From Malacoraja senta (lineage: Eukaryota): a stretch of 64,000 nucleotides of DNA. A model generated the notes under the pieces. That model ran no database searches and was not told the DNA's origin. It saw only the letters and a list, made by a program, of their open reading frames with translations. A program made the translations under genes and the position numbers. Position 1 is the stretch's first letter; each line of letters opens with the position of its first letter. The stretch lies in contig CM075998.1 in assembly GCA_038087875.1 (NCBI GenBank), positions 6,636,001-6,700,000 of the forward strand, read 5' to 3'. Below are positions 12,838 through 24,320 of this stretch, piece by piece.

Positions 12838-14491
12838 GGTAGACAAAAGTGCTGGAGAAACTCAGCGGGTGCGGCAGCAACTATGGAGCGAAGGTAATAG
12901 GCAACGTTTCGGGCCAAAACCCTTCTTCAGACTGATGTGGGGTGGGGAGCGGGAAGAAGAAAATAAGAGGAGGAGCCACAGGGCTGAGGGAGAGCTGAGA
13001 AGGGGAGGAGGAGACAGCAAGGGCTACCGGAAATTGGAGAAGTCAATGTTCATGCCGCTGGGGTGCAAACTGCCCAAGGAATATGAGGTGCTGCTCCTCC
13101 AATTTCCGGTGGTGCTCACTCTATCCATGGAGGAGGCCCAGGACAGAAATGTCGGATACGGAATGGGAGGGTAGTTGAAGTGCTGAGCTACTGGGAGATC
13201 AGATTGGTTATTGCGGACTGAGCGGAGGTGTTCGGCGAAATGATCGCCAAGCGTACGCTTGGTCTCACGGATGTAGATCAGCTAACATCTAGAGTAGCGG
13301 ATGCAATAGATGAGGTTGGAGGAGGTGCAGGTGAACCTCTGTCGCACCTGGAACGACTGCTTGGGTCCTTGAAAGGGGTCGGAGGGGAGGTAAAGCGACA
13401 AGTGTAGTCTAGATAGCCATGGGAGTCAGTGGGTTTATAATTGCAAAGGGACCGGCACTCCCATGGCTATCTAGACTACACTTCTTCCCACCCTGCTTCC
13501 TGTAAGGACTCTATCCCCTACTCCCAATTCCTCCGTCTACGCCACATCTGCTCCCAGGATGAGGTGTTCCACACCAGGGCATCGGAAATGTCCTCATTCT
13601 TCAGGGAACGGGGGTTCCCCTCCCCTACTATAGATGAGGCTCACACCAGGGTCTCTTCAATACCCCGTAACACTGCTCTCTCTCCCCATCCCCCCACTCG
13701 TAACAAGGGCAGAGTCCCCCTTGTACTCACCTTTCACCCCACTAGCCGTCACGTACAACAAATAGTCCTCCGTCATTTTCGCCACCTCCAACGTGACCCC
13801 GCCACTCGCCACATCTTCCCATCTCCCCCCTGTCTGCTTTCCCCAAAGACCGCTCCCTCCGGAACTCCCTGGTCAATTCTTCCCTTCCCACCCGCACCAC
13901 ACCCTCCCCGGGCACTTTCCCTTGTAACCACAAGAGATGCTACACTTGTCGCTTTACCTCCCCCCTTGACTCCATTCAAGGACCCAAGCAGTCGTTCCAG
14001 GTGCGACAGAGGTTCACCTGCACCTCCCCCAACCTCATCTATTGCATCCGCTGCTCTAGATGTCAGCTGATCTACAACGGTAAGACCAAGCGTAGGCTTG
14101 GCGATCGTTTCGCCGAACACCTCCGCTCGGTCAGCAATAACCAATCTGATCTCCCGGTGGCTCAGCACTTTAACTCCCCCTCCCATTCCGAATCCGACCT
14201 TTCTGTCCTGGGCCTCCTCCATGGCCAGAGTGAACGCCACCGGAACATTGACTTCTCCAATTTCCGGTAGCCCTTGCTGTCTCCTCCTCCCCTTCTCAGC
14301 TCTCCCTCAGCCCTCTGGCTCCTCCTTTTCCTTTCTTCTTCCCGCCCCCCCCACCCCACATCAGTCTGAAGAAGGGTTTTGGCCTGAAACGTTGCCTATT
14401 TCCTTCGCTCCATAGATGCTGCCGCACCCGCTGAGTTTCACCAGCACTTTTGTCTACCTTCGATTTTCCAGCATCTGCAGTTCCTTCTTAA
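12838..14491. mobile_element. PLE (Neptune-like) insertion with inverted 5' segment, inside Tc1
   Basis: Plus-strand RT-thumb/GIY-YIG (YLDYTSSHP..SIPYSQFLRLR; NLIYCIRC..YNGKTKRRL) at 13441-14270, mirror copy on minus at 12838-13440; 15-bp TSD ACC(C/T)TCAGCAGCCAT at 12823-12837 and 14492-14506. Confidence 0.9.
12903..12930 (-). ncRNA. Minimal hammerhead ribozyme-like core
   Basis: Reverse complement CUGAAGA-A-GGGU-UUUG-GCCC-GAAA-CGUU. Confidence 0.5.
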
Positions 14492-14967
14492 ACCTTCAGC
14501 AGCCATACGTGCCCATGCCATAACACCCCCACCACCGTGTTTCACAGATGAGGTGGTATGCTTTGGATCTTGGGCTGTCATCAGCTGTGGAGGGCTTCCT
14601 TGGTCTGCTGGTCCCTTTGCGATTAGAAAGCTCACCAGTGCTCTCTTTCTTCTTAATGATGTTCCAAACAGTTGATTTTGGTAAGCCTAAGGTTTGGCTG
14701 ATGTCTCTAACAGTTTTATTGTTGTTTCTCAGTCTCATAATGGCTTCTTTGACTTTCATTGGCACAACTTTGGTCCTCATGTTGATAAACAGCAATAAAA
14801 GTTTCCAAAGGTGATGGAAAGATTGGAGGAAAGACTAGGTGCTGAGAGCTCTTTTATACCTGCATTAAGGAGACAATTAAACACACCTGAGCAATTACAA
14901 ACGCCTGTGAAACCATGTGTCCCGAACATTATAATGCCCTGAAATGGGAGAACTATGTATCAACACA

Positions 14968-16295
14968 TAGTTTGGCACGCGCATGGGCCCAACCTATGCC
15001 TGCCTCTTTGTAGGGTACGTCGAACAATCCTTGTTCGAGACGTACCGTGGCCTTATCCCCGACCTCTACCTCCGCTACATCGACGACTGCAATGGTGCTA
15101 CCTCCTGCACCCACACACAACTCACTGACTTCATCCATTTCACCACTAACTTCCATCCGGCACTCAAATACACCTGGACCATTTCCGACATTTCCCTACC
15201 ATTTCTTGACCTCACTATCTCCATCGCATGTGATAGACTACTGACCGACATCCATTTAAACCAACTGACTCCCATGGCTATCTGGACTACACTTCTTCCC
15301 ACCCTGCTTCCTGTAAGGACTCCATCCCCTACTCCCAATTCCTCCGTCTACGCCGCATCTGCACCCAGGATGAAGTGTTCCACACCAGGGCATCGGAGAT
15401 GTCCTCATTCTTCAGGGAACTGGGGTTCCCCTCCCCTACTATAGATGAGGCTCTCACCAGGGTCTCTTCTATAACCCGTAACTCTGCTCTCACTCCCCAT
15501 CCCCCCACTCGTAACAAGGGCAGAGTCCCCCTTGTCCTCACCTTCCACCCTACCAACCGTCACATACAACAAATAATCCTCCGACATTTTCGCCACCTCC
15601 AACGTGATCCCACCACTTGCCACATCTTCCCATCTCCTCCCCTGTCTGCTTTCCGCAGAGACCGCTCCCTCCGGAACTCCCTGGTCAATTCGTCCCTTCC
15701 CACCCGTACCAACCCCTCTCCGGGCACTTTCCCTTGCAACCGCAGGAAATGCTACACTTGTCGCTTTACCTCCACCCTTGACTCCATTCAAGGACCCAAG
15801 CAGTCTTTCCAGGTGCGGCAGAGGTTCACCTGCACCTCCTCCAACCTCATCTATTACATCCGCTGCTCTAGGTGTCAGCTGCTCTACATTGGTGAGACCA
15901 AGCGTAGGCTTGGCAATCGCTTCGCCGAACACCTCCGCTCGGTTCGCAATAACCAACCTGATCTCCCGGTGGCTTCAACTCCCCCTCCCATTCCGAATCT
16001 AACCTTTCTGTCCTGGGCCTCCTCCATGGCCAGAGTGAGGACCACCGTAAATTGGAGGAGCAGCACCTCATATTTCGCTTGGGCAGTTTACACCCCAGTG
16101 GTATGAACATTGACTTCTCCAATTTCAGGTAGTCCTTACTTTCTCCTCCCCTTCTCAGCTCTCTGGCTCCACCTCTTCCTTACTTCCTCACCCCCCCCCC
16201 CCCCACCCTCACATCAGTCTGAAGAAGGGTGTCGACGCGAAACGTTGCCTATTTCCTTCGTTCCATAGCTGAGTTTCTCCAGCATTTTTGTCCAC
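14968..16295 (+). mobile_element. 5'-truncated PLE (RT C-terminus, Cys linker, GIY-YIG, pLTR), frameshifted
   Basis: MGPTYACLFVG..YLRYIDD..FLDL; CNRRKCYTC linker; IYYIRC..YIGETKR; TSD CTATGTAT(C/A)AACACA at 14953-14967 and 16296-16310. Confidence 0.92.
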
Positions 16296-16564
16296 CTATG
16301 TATAAACACAGCTGTACTATCAGACAGACTATAGGCAGGAAACAGAGACAAGTACAGAACAGGGACTAGCCCTTCGATCCTCTATGTTTGTGTCGGCCAT
16401 GATGATAATTGGGAATTAATTGGTGGATGAGCATTACATTCTCATGAGTTGCATAAAAATAACATTTCCCACTGAATCACTTCCCTAGGGTTTCTATGTA
16501 TGTTCTGCATTTATACATTAAATACCCAAGAAACTCAATGCAGGAAATTAATCTCATGACCAAC

Positions 16565-16860
16565 AGAGATACAGCGCTGAAACAGGCCCTTCGGTCCACC
16601 GAGTGTGCGCTGACCAGTGATCCCCGCACACTTACGCCATCCTACACACTCATCAGGGACATTTTACAATTATACCAAGCCAATTAGCCTACAAACCTGT
16701 ACGTTTTTGGGGTGTGGGAGGAAACCGGAGCACCCGGAGAAAACCCACGCAGGTCACGGGGAGAACGTACAAACTCTGTCCAGACAGCACCCGTAGTCAG
16801 GATTGAATCCGGGTCTCTGGTGCTGTGAGGCAGCAACTCTACCGCTGCGCCACCGTGCCG
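16565..16860 (-). mobile_element. V-SINE (HE1-like)
   Basis: Reverse complement of the SINE head, V-domain and tail. Confidence 0.88.
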
Positions 16861-17357
16861 TTCTGTTACATGTTACGTGAGGTAGTGTTTCCTACCCTAA
16901 ACGTCTGGCCTTCATTTTCAGCCACCTTCCCTCGATGTCTGTGTTGGCCATGACTCCATTTGCCTGCAAGTGATTGTTATCCTTCTATTGCCTCCCTGTT
17001 CACGTGTCTATCGAAATGCCTCTTAAACATTCAGACAGGCGCATGCTTCTACCACCTTCCCTGGCAGCACTTTCCACACACGCACCACTCTGTGTTTATT
17101 TAAAATAATTTTGCATCGCGCATATCCTTTAAAGTTTCCCCCTTTCACCATAAATCTCTGACTTCTAGTATTTGACATTTCTACCTTGAGGTTGGGGAGG
17201 TGGATTTTGACTGTCTACCCTATTTATGCCTCATGATTTTATATACTTAATCAGGTTGGGCCAGAATCTAATCGATGTCCTCCACATTGTTCATTGCATT
17301 TCTAACGTGAGTGTCATCTGCAGACCCTGAAACGGTACATTGCACACTGAATATACC

Positions 17358-17975
17358 ATAGACTATTGACAATAGGTGCAGTAGGCCATTCGGCCCTTCC
17401 AGCCAGCACCGCCATTCAATGTGATCAGGGCTGATGATCACCCACAATCAGTACCCCGTTCCTGCCTTTTCCCCACATCCCTTGACTCCTCTATCTAACT
17501 CTCTCTTGAAAACATCCAGAGAATTGGCCTCCACTGCCTTCCGAGGCAGAGAATTCCACAGACTCACAACTCTCTGTGTGAAAAAGTATTTCTTCATCTC
17601 CGTTCTAAATGGCCTTCCCCTTATTCTTAAACTATGGCCCCTGGTTCTGGACACCCCCAACATCGGGAACATGTTTCCTGCCTCTAGCGTGTCCAATCCC
17701 TTAATAATTTTACATTTTTCGATAAGATACCCTCTCATCCTTCTAAATTCCAGTGTATACAAGCCAAGCCGCTCCATTCTCTCAACATATGACAGTCCCG
17801 CCATCCCGGGAATTAACCTGGTGAACCTACGCTGCACTCCCTCAATAGCAAGAATTTGGTCCTTCCTCAAATTTGGAGACCAAACTGCACACAATACTCC
17901 AGCTGTGGTCTCATTAAGGCCCTGTACAACTGCAGAAGGCCTCTTTGCTCCTATACTCAACTCCCTTGATATGTA
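17358..17975 (-). mobile_element. CR1 LINE 3' fragment
   Basis: WSPNLRKD..EGVQRRFTRLIPG..TRGHSLRI..FFTQRVVSLWNSLP plus 3' UTR. Confidence 0.9.
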
Positions 17976-18139
17976 ACATTAAATTTAACTGAATACAAGG
18001 ATTAGGTTGAACCCAGCAGTAGATTAAGAAGTGTCAGCACATTCGTGAGAACAAAATTGGAAGGCTGGGTCGATTTTGGTATGTGTCATCTAGCATGTGT
18101 CATGTGTCATCTAACCTTGCAGACCTGGAAAAGACTGTC

Positions 18140-19446
18140 AGAAATGAAATCAGTTTTGAGGTTGGACACCGTCCTGAGTAGTAGGTTTGCTAATGTTACA
18201 CAGGAGGGTTTAAACTAGATTGGCAGGAGGGTGGGATCTCGTGCAGGACAGAGGCACGTGAGAGGCTAGAAGTTGGTATGGAGGGTGGTGTGGGAAAGGT
18301 TAGTGGACAGAATAGGCAGGTGAAAGGCGGAGAGCGAGGAAGGAGGGTTGGGTTAAACTGCACGGATTTTAATGCAAGGGGCCTGACGGGTAAGACGGCA
18401 CGGTGGCGCAGTGCTAGAGTTGCTGCCTTACAGCGAATGCAGCGCCGGGGACCCGGGTTCCATCCTGACTACGGGTTGCTGTCTGTATGGAGTTTTGTAC
18501 CTTCTCCCGTGACTTGCATTTGTTTTCTCCGATATCTTCGGTTTTCCTCCCACACTCCAAAGACATACAGGTATGTAGGTAAATTGGCTTGGTAAATGTA
18601 AAAATTGTCCCTAGTAGGATAGTGTTGATGTGCGGGGATTGCTAGTCGGCGCAGACCTGGTGGGCCGAACGGCCTGTTTCTGCACTATATCTCTAAATAA
18701 AAATATTAATTCTTAAAAAGAGCTTAGGGCGTGGATAGGTACGAGCGTGGGACATTGTAGCCATGACTGAACCCTGGTTCAGGGAGGGCCAGGACTGGCA
18801 GAATGTACAGGAGCTTCAGGAGAGACAGGGGTGAGGGAAAAAGAGGAGGGAGGGGGGTTGCATTGTTGGGTAAGGAGGATATCACGGCCGTGATCAGGTG
18901 TGACATTACAGACGGTTCGTCTAGTGAGGCTATATGGATGGAGCTGAGGAACAAGAAAGGGATGATCACCTTGTGGGGGGGTGTACTACAGACCCCGAAA
19001 TAGTCGACGGGAATTAGAAGAACAAATGTGCCGGGAGATTGCAGACAGCTGCAGGTCAAATAAGGTTGTTGTAGTAGGGGATTTTAACTTTCCCAATATA
19101 GTCTGGGAAAATCATAGTGTGAAGGGTTTAGATGGAGTGAATTCCTCAAAAGTGTTCAGGAGAGTTTTCTAAGCAGTATGTGGAGGATCCCACACGTGAG
19201 AGGGCAACGCTGGATCTAGTATTGGGAAATTGGGAAGGGCAAGTTAAGATAGAGAGAGTGGGACCTGTCAGGAATCAAAGCGGTCACCTCTGTGTGGAGC
19301 CACATGAGATGGGCAAGGTCCTCAATGAGTATTTCTCCTCTGTAATTACCAAGGAGAAAGACAGTAGGACGGAGGAGCTTGGGACAGTCAATGGAAGTGT
19401 CTTGAGAGCAGTCAGTGTTACTGTCGAAGAAGTACTGGAGGTACTG
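18140..19446 (+). mobile_element. CR1 LINE ORF1-end/endonuclease fragment, with deletions and an inserted SINE
   Basis: FRRDR..RGGRGVAL, YYRP, VVVGDFNFPNI, PTRERATLDLVL. Confidence 0.85.
18397..18700 (+). mobile_element. V-SINE inserted in CR1
   Basis: ggcacggtggcgcagtgctagag head, V-domain, tail. Confidence 0.85.
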
Positions 19447-21830
19447 CAGGGCTCTCGCTTAACTTTTTTCCGTTGCCAGCCGGGCAACCTAGGCAGCTTT
19501 TAGGTTGCCAAATGACAGTTTAGGTGGTCATTTAAGACAGGCTTGCATGACGCGTGCGATTATGTGCTCGGACGAAGTGCGTAGTTACCAGTCGGAATTA
19601 TACTCAATGAAGCATTCACATATTATTTCTGCTTCAAATAAAGTCACAAACTAAACATATTCACCAATCAAGACATGATATATGCCACAATGACATGCAG
19701 CAAAATTATAAGACAGTATCTCAACTCTTTTTACACATTGCAATGAATGCAAATTCTATTAGTTCTTTTCCACTTCCAAACAAAAATGTGGTTGGATTAT
19801 TAGCGTATGATCAACCTGTGTCAATAAATCCTGGACCATGGTAACATATATGCGTACGTATAGTTGTGAATGTTTGCTCATTAAATAACTACAGTACTGA
19901 TACTCCATATTAAGAGCATTGATTTGCCGTTAAAATGAATTCTGTAATAACGTGTCAACGGCAGCAGTGACAATCGAACACTGCGGTTTTAATGTTTCAC
20001 GTGTTCACAATTTAATTAATCCATCTTTATGGATTAAAACAAATAATAACATTGGGAATTAAAACACATTTGATTGCATTCCCGTTATCAAACATAGTCA
20101 ATGTTTGCTCTGAAGACATTTCCAGCACAATAGGGTCAGGGAGGGGGGTGTGTGTGAATCAGTGCGGGGTGGATAGATGGCGGGGGTGGGGGGGGGGTTA
20201 GAAGGCAGTCGGTGCAGAATGGATGGATTGAGGCAGGTGAATTAGTACCTGCCTCAGGTTGGAGGCAGGTTGGAGTAGTTAAAATTGTGAGGGGAGAGCA
20301 CCGGGGATGTCAGTGGGTTGAATGGGGGTGTTCAGTACGGGATGGATGGGGGTTAGACAAAAGTGCTGGAGAAACTCAGTGGGTGAGGCAGCATCTATGG
20401 AGCGAAGGAAATAGGCAACGTTTCGGGTCGAGACCCTTCTTCAGACTGTTCCCCCATTCTTCTTGAATGGGAGGATCAGTACAGGATGGATGGGGGGGGG
20501 GTATCAGCGCAGGATGAATGGGGGGAGTACAGTGTGGATCGGAGGGTGTGCAGGATGAATGGGAGATCACTACAGGATGAATGAGGGGAAGGGGGGAAGG
20601 TGCAGGGTAAATGGAGGGTGGGTCAGTATGGGATGAATGCATGGATTAGTACAGGATGGATGGAGGAGAAGTGCAGGATGGATGGGAAAGGGGTAAGTAC
20701 AAGGTGAATTGGGGAACCAGTGTATGATGGATGGGGGGGGGGGTGGCAAGAGAATCAATGCGAGGTGGATAGGGTGATCAGTGCAGGATGAGTAGATGGG
20801 GGGGGGGTAGATGTGGAGGGGAGCATAGGGGATGTCAGTGAGGACTGAATAGAGGCGGAATGGGGATCAGTGCTGGATGGAGTGGAGGGGTCCCAGGATA
20901 AGGGGGTGGAGGGGGCGTACAAGAGAGAGGGAGAGGGGGCGAGGTGGGGAGGAAGGAAGGTCAGCGCTCCTCGGACAACATCGCACCGCTGCCTTGGCCG
21001 TTGGGAACTCCTCGCCACCGCCTCTCTCCTCCACCAGCCAACAGCAAGGTGCGGGGCCGGGCGGTGCAGCTGAGAGATCCTATAGCTATAAGATCTTTGA
21101 TGCAACTGCTTCAGACGAGTCGGAGCGAATGACGGGCCCCGCACAGCGGCAGCAGCAGCGGCTCCATCTACTCCTCCTCCTCCTCCCGCCCCCCGCCCCC
21201 CCTGATAAGGGCCTCTGCTTGTAAATCCACTAACCGCGCTTTCAAAACAACCCCTCCCTCCTCCCGGCCTCTACTATGTGCGGGTGAGGAAGGGTCGGAT
21301 CGAATGACGGGCCCCGAACAGCGGCAGCAGCGGCCGCGACAGTGGCTCCATCTCCTCCTCCTGCCCTGATAAGGGCCTCTGCTTGTAAATCCGCTAACGG
21401 CGATAACCGCTTTCAAAACAAACACTCCCGCACGCCGAGGCCTCCCCCTCCCTCCCTCTCCCCGGCCTCGGCGTGCGGGAGGGTTTGTTTTGAAAGCGGT
21501 TATCGCCGTTAGCGTGTTTACAAGCAGATGCCCTTATCAGGGCGGGAGAAGGCGGAGATGGAGCCGCTGCTGCTGCTGTTCGGGCCCGTCTTTCGCTCCG
21601 ACCCTTCCTCAGCCCGCACCTAGTATCTTTGCCCCGCACAGCCGTCACCGCCAACACAAAACATTGCATTACTTTTCTCCAGAGATACTGCCTGACCCGC
21701 GGAGTTACTCCAGTTTTTTGTGTCTATCTTCGGTACAAACCAGTATCTGGTTGCCAAGCTCTGTGTTTAGGTTGCCCGGCGGCGCTTTGAGTGTCAGTGG
21801 CACCCGGGCAACCTCTAATTTCGAGCCCTG
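19447..21830. mobile_element. Non-autonomous TIR DNA transposon (hAT-like), about 2.4 kb, inserted in CR1
   Basis: Termini CAGGGCTC..GAGCCCTG, clustered subterminal GGCAAC/GTTGCC motifs at both ends; CR1 resumes after apparent 5-bp TSD tactg/ttctg. Confidence 0.75.
20417..20444 (-). ncRNA. Minimal hammerhead ribozyme-like core
   Basis: Reverse complement CUGAAGA-A-GGGU-CUCG-ACCC-GAAA-CGUU. Confidence 0.55.
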
Positions 21831-22199
21831 TTCTGTTGTGTTTGAAGGTAGACAAATCTCAAGGCCTGATCTGATATATCTGAGGACATTGCTGGAAACT
21901 AGAGAGGAAATTGCGGGAGCCCCGATTGAAATGTACGAGTCGTCCTTAAATACAGGAGAGGAGCTGGAAGACTGGAGGGTGGCAAATGTTGTGCCTCTTT
22001 TCAAGAAGGGCTGCAGGGAAAATGCTGGGATCTATAGGCTGGTGGGCTTAACATCTGTAGTTGGAAAGTTATTGGAGAGTATTCTGAGGGATAGGATATA
22101 CAGGCATTTAGATGGGCAAGGGCTGATTAGGGATAGTCAGCATGGTTTTTGTACGTGGGAGGTCGTGTCTCACTAATCTGATTGATTTTTTTGAAAGAC

Positions 22200-22399
22200 N
22201 NNNNNNNNNNNNNNNNNNNNNNNNNNNNNNNNNNNNNNNNNNNNNNNNNNNNNNNNNNNNNNNNNNNNNNNNNNNNNNNNNNNNNNNNNNNNNNNNNNNN
22301 NNNNNNNNNNNNNNNNNNNNNNNNNNNNNNNNNNNNNNNNNNNNNNNNNNNNNNNNNNNNNNNNNNNNNNNNNNNNNNNNNNNNNNNNNNNNNNNNNNN
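22200..22399. other. Assembly gap (200 N)
   Basis: Direct reading. Confidence 1.
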
Positions 22400-22800
22400 T
22401 TAAGGTGGTCAAAAATGCTTTTGGCACATTGGCCTTCATCAGTCAGGAGTATTGAGTATAGAAGTTGGGAGGTCATGTTGCAGTTGTATAAGATGTTGGT
22501 GAGACCACATTTAGAATATTGTGTTCAGTTCTGGGCACCATGTTATAGGAAAGATATTGTCAAGCTTGAAAGGGTTCAGAAAAGATTTGTGAGGATGTTG
22601 CCAGGACAAGAGGGTGTGAGCTATAGGGAGAGGTTGAGTGGGCTAGGTTTCTATTCCATGGAGCGCAGGAGGATGAGGGGTGATCTTATAGAGGTGTACA
22701 AAATCATGAGAGGAATTGATCAGGTAGATGCACAGAGTCTTTTGCCCAGAGTAGGGGAATCGAGGAGCAGAGGACATAGGTTCAAGGTGAAGGGGAAAAG

Positions 22801-23782
22801 CAGAGGCTGCCAAGTATTACGGATTTTCCGTATTTTGTACGGAAATGAGATTCAAATACGTATGAACGATTTTGTGTTGTTAAATACGGATTTTAAATAC
22901 GAAGTTCAGTTCAGTCTGAAGAAGGGTTCTCGACCAGAACGTCACCCATTCCTTCTCTCCAGAGTCGCTGCCTGTCCCGCTCCAAGTTTAAACAGAGCGC
23001 TGTCAGTTTAACATGTGGTAATTTAAACGAAGAGCTGTCGGTTACAGCGCTATGGGTTCTAAAAATAGCGCTACCGGCTGGAGCACTACGGGCTTTACAC
23101 ATAGCGCTATGGCCACAGCACTATGGGTCACGGACTGTTCAGGAAAATTCTCGTATAACAATGAGTCTTTGGAATTCTCTTTCTCAGTGGTAGTTGAGCC
23201 TTTGATTATTTTTCAGGCAGTGGTATTGCAGTTACATTGGGATTGGCCTTGATTTTACAGAATGGTGGGTGGGCTCAAGGGGAGAGAGGGAGAGGATGGA
23301 GAGGGGAGGGAGAGAGAAGGAGGGAGGGAGAAAGAGGGAGGGAGAGAGGGAGGATGGGAATATGAGAGGGGAGAAAAAGGAAGCAGGGAGGTTGGGAGGG
23401 AAAGGGGGAGGGAGGGGGTGGGGAGGGAGAGATGGAGAGATGGAGAGAGAGGGAGGGAGAGAGAGGAAGGAGGGAGAGAGTGAGGGGAGGGAGAGGGAGG
23501 CTTCCCAAATGGCTTCTACATCATCATCTGGTGCTAAAAGCAGGAAGCAGCCGTTCAAACAGCAGTATACAAAGAGATGGCAATGAATGCACTGTCAAGT
23601 AAGGTGCGTAGAAGACATGTCAATTGGTAGCAAAGTGTGCATTCTTCTCTTACATGAGTATGACTGCACATTAAAAAAAAATCAGCGAAATGGCACTGCA
23701 TAAAATTACTGATTTCCTCAGCAAAATACTAATTTTCAGGTACTAGAATACTGAAATGCTCTGACAAAACTTGGCAGCACTG
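22801..23782 (+). mobile_element. Non-autonomous TIR DNA transposon, family 2, copy 1
   Basis: Termini CAGAGGCTGCCAAGT / ACTTGGCAGCACTG; 6-bp TSD GAAAAG; homologous to 43946-44727. Confidence 0.82.
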
Positions 23783-24320
23783 GAAAAGATTTAATAGGAA
23801 TCCGAGCGGTAACTTTTTCACTCAAAGGGCGGTGGGTGTATGGAACAAGCTGCCAGAGGAGGTAGTTGAGGCTGGGACTATGCCATCGTTTGAGAAACAG
23901 ATAGGTACATGGATAGGACAGGTTTGGAGGGATATGGACCAAGCGCAGTCAAGTGGGACTAGTGTAGCTGGGACATTGTTGGCCGGTGTGGGCAAGTCGG
24001 GCCGAAGGGCCTGTTTCCACACTGTATCACTCTATGACTCTATGACTCTTTGTAGATAGTGAACAGGAAGGGAGGGAGGACCGTCCCCTGTGGGCCCTTG
24101 TGTTGCTCACTACCACGTCGAAGACACAGTTCTGTGCCTCCCGCAAGGATGAACTGACTAAAGGTGGAGACGAGGGGAAGGGAGACTCTGTGACAGACTT
24201 ATCCCCTGGGCAGAGGATTCTAAACTAGATTGCCTCCACGCCGTGTCCCCATTTTCTTCCCCTCCCCCCTCACGCTCTTCGACTACGAGGCCCCACCACC
24301 ACTGAGGCCCACGTTGCCGC

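Larger units (their letters stand above)
12382..14780 (-). pseudogene. Tc1 transposase pseudogene (DD34E)
   Basis: N-terminal HTH MRTK..TVRDISQTLGLPKSTVWNIIKK, KHGGGGVMAW, QQDNDPKH..SPDLNPIE with 34 residues between D and E; internal deletion plus PLE insertion. Confidence 0.9.
12132..16316 (-). mobile_element. Tc1 (IR/DR-type) DNA transposon, disrupted by two PLE insertions, one outer TIR lost
   Basis: TA|CAGTGCCCTCCATAATGTTTGGGACA terminus at 12132; inner direct repeat near 12335; inverted inner copy at about 14917-14967 resuming at 16296. Confidence 0.88.
21831..24048 (+). mobile_element. CR1 LINE RT region to 3' end, spanning an N gap and interrupted at 22801-23782
   Basis: EDWRVANVVPLFKKG, VRPHLEYCVQFWAP, WNKLPEEVV, tail (ctatgact)n. 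Confidence 0.9.

Noticed and set aside
22108..23011. ORFs spanning N runs
   Set aside because: Artefacts of translating the gap; the flanks are CR1.
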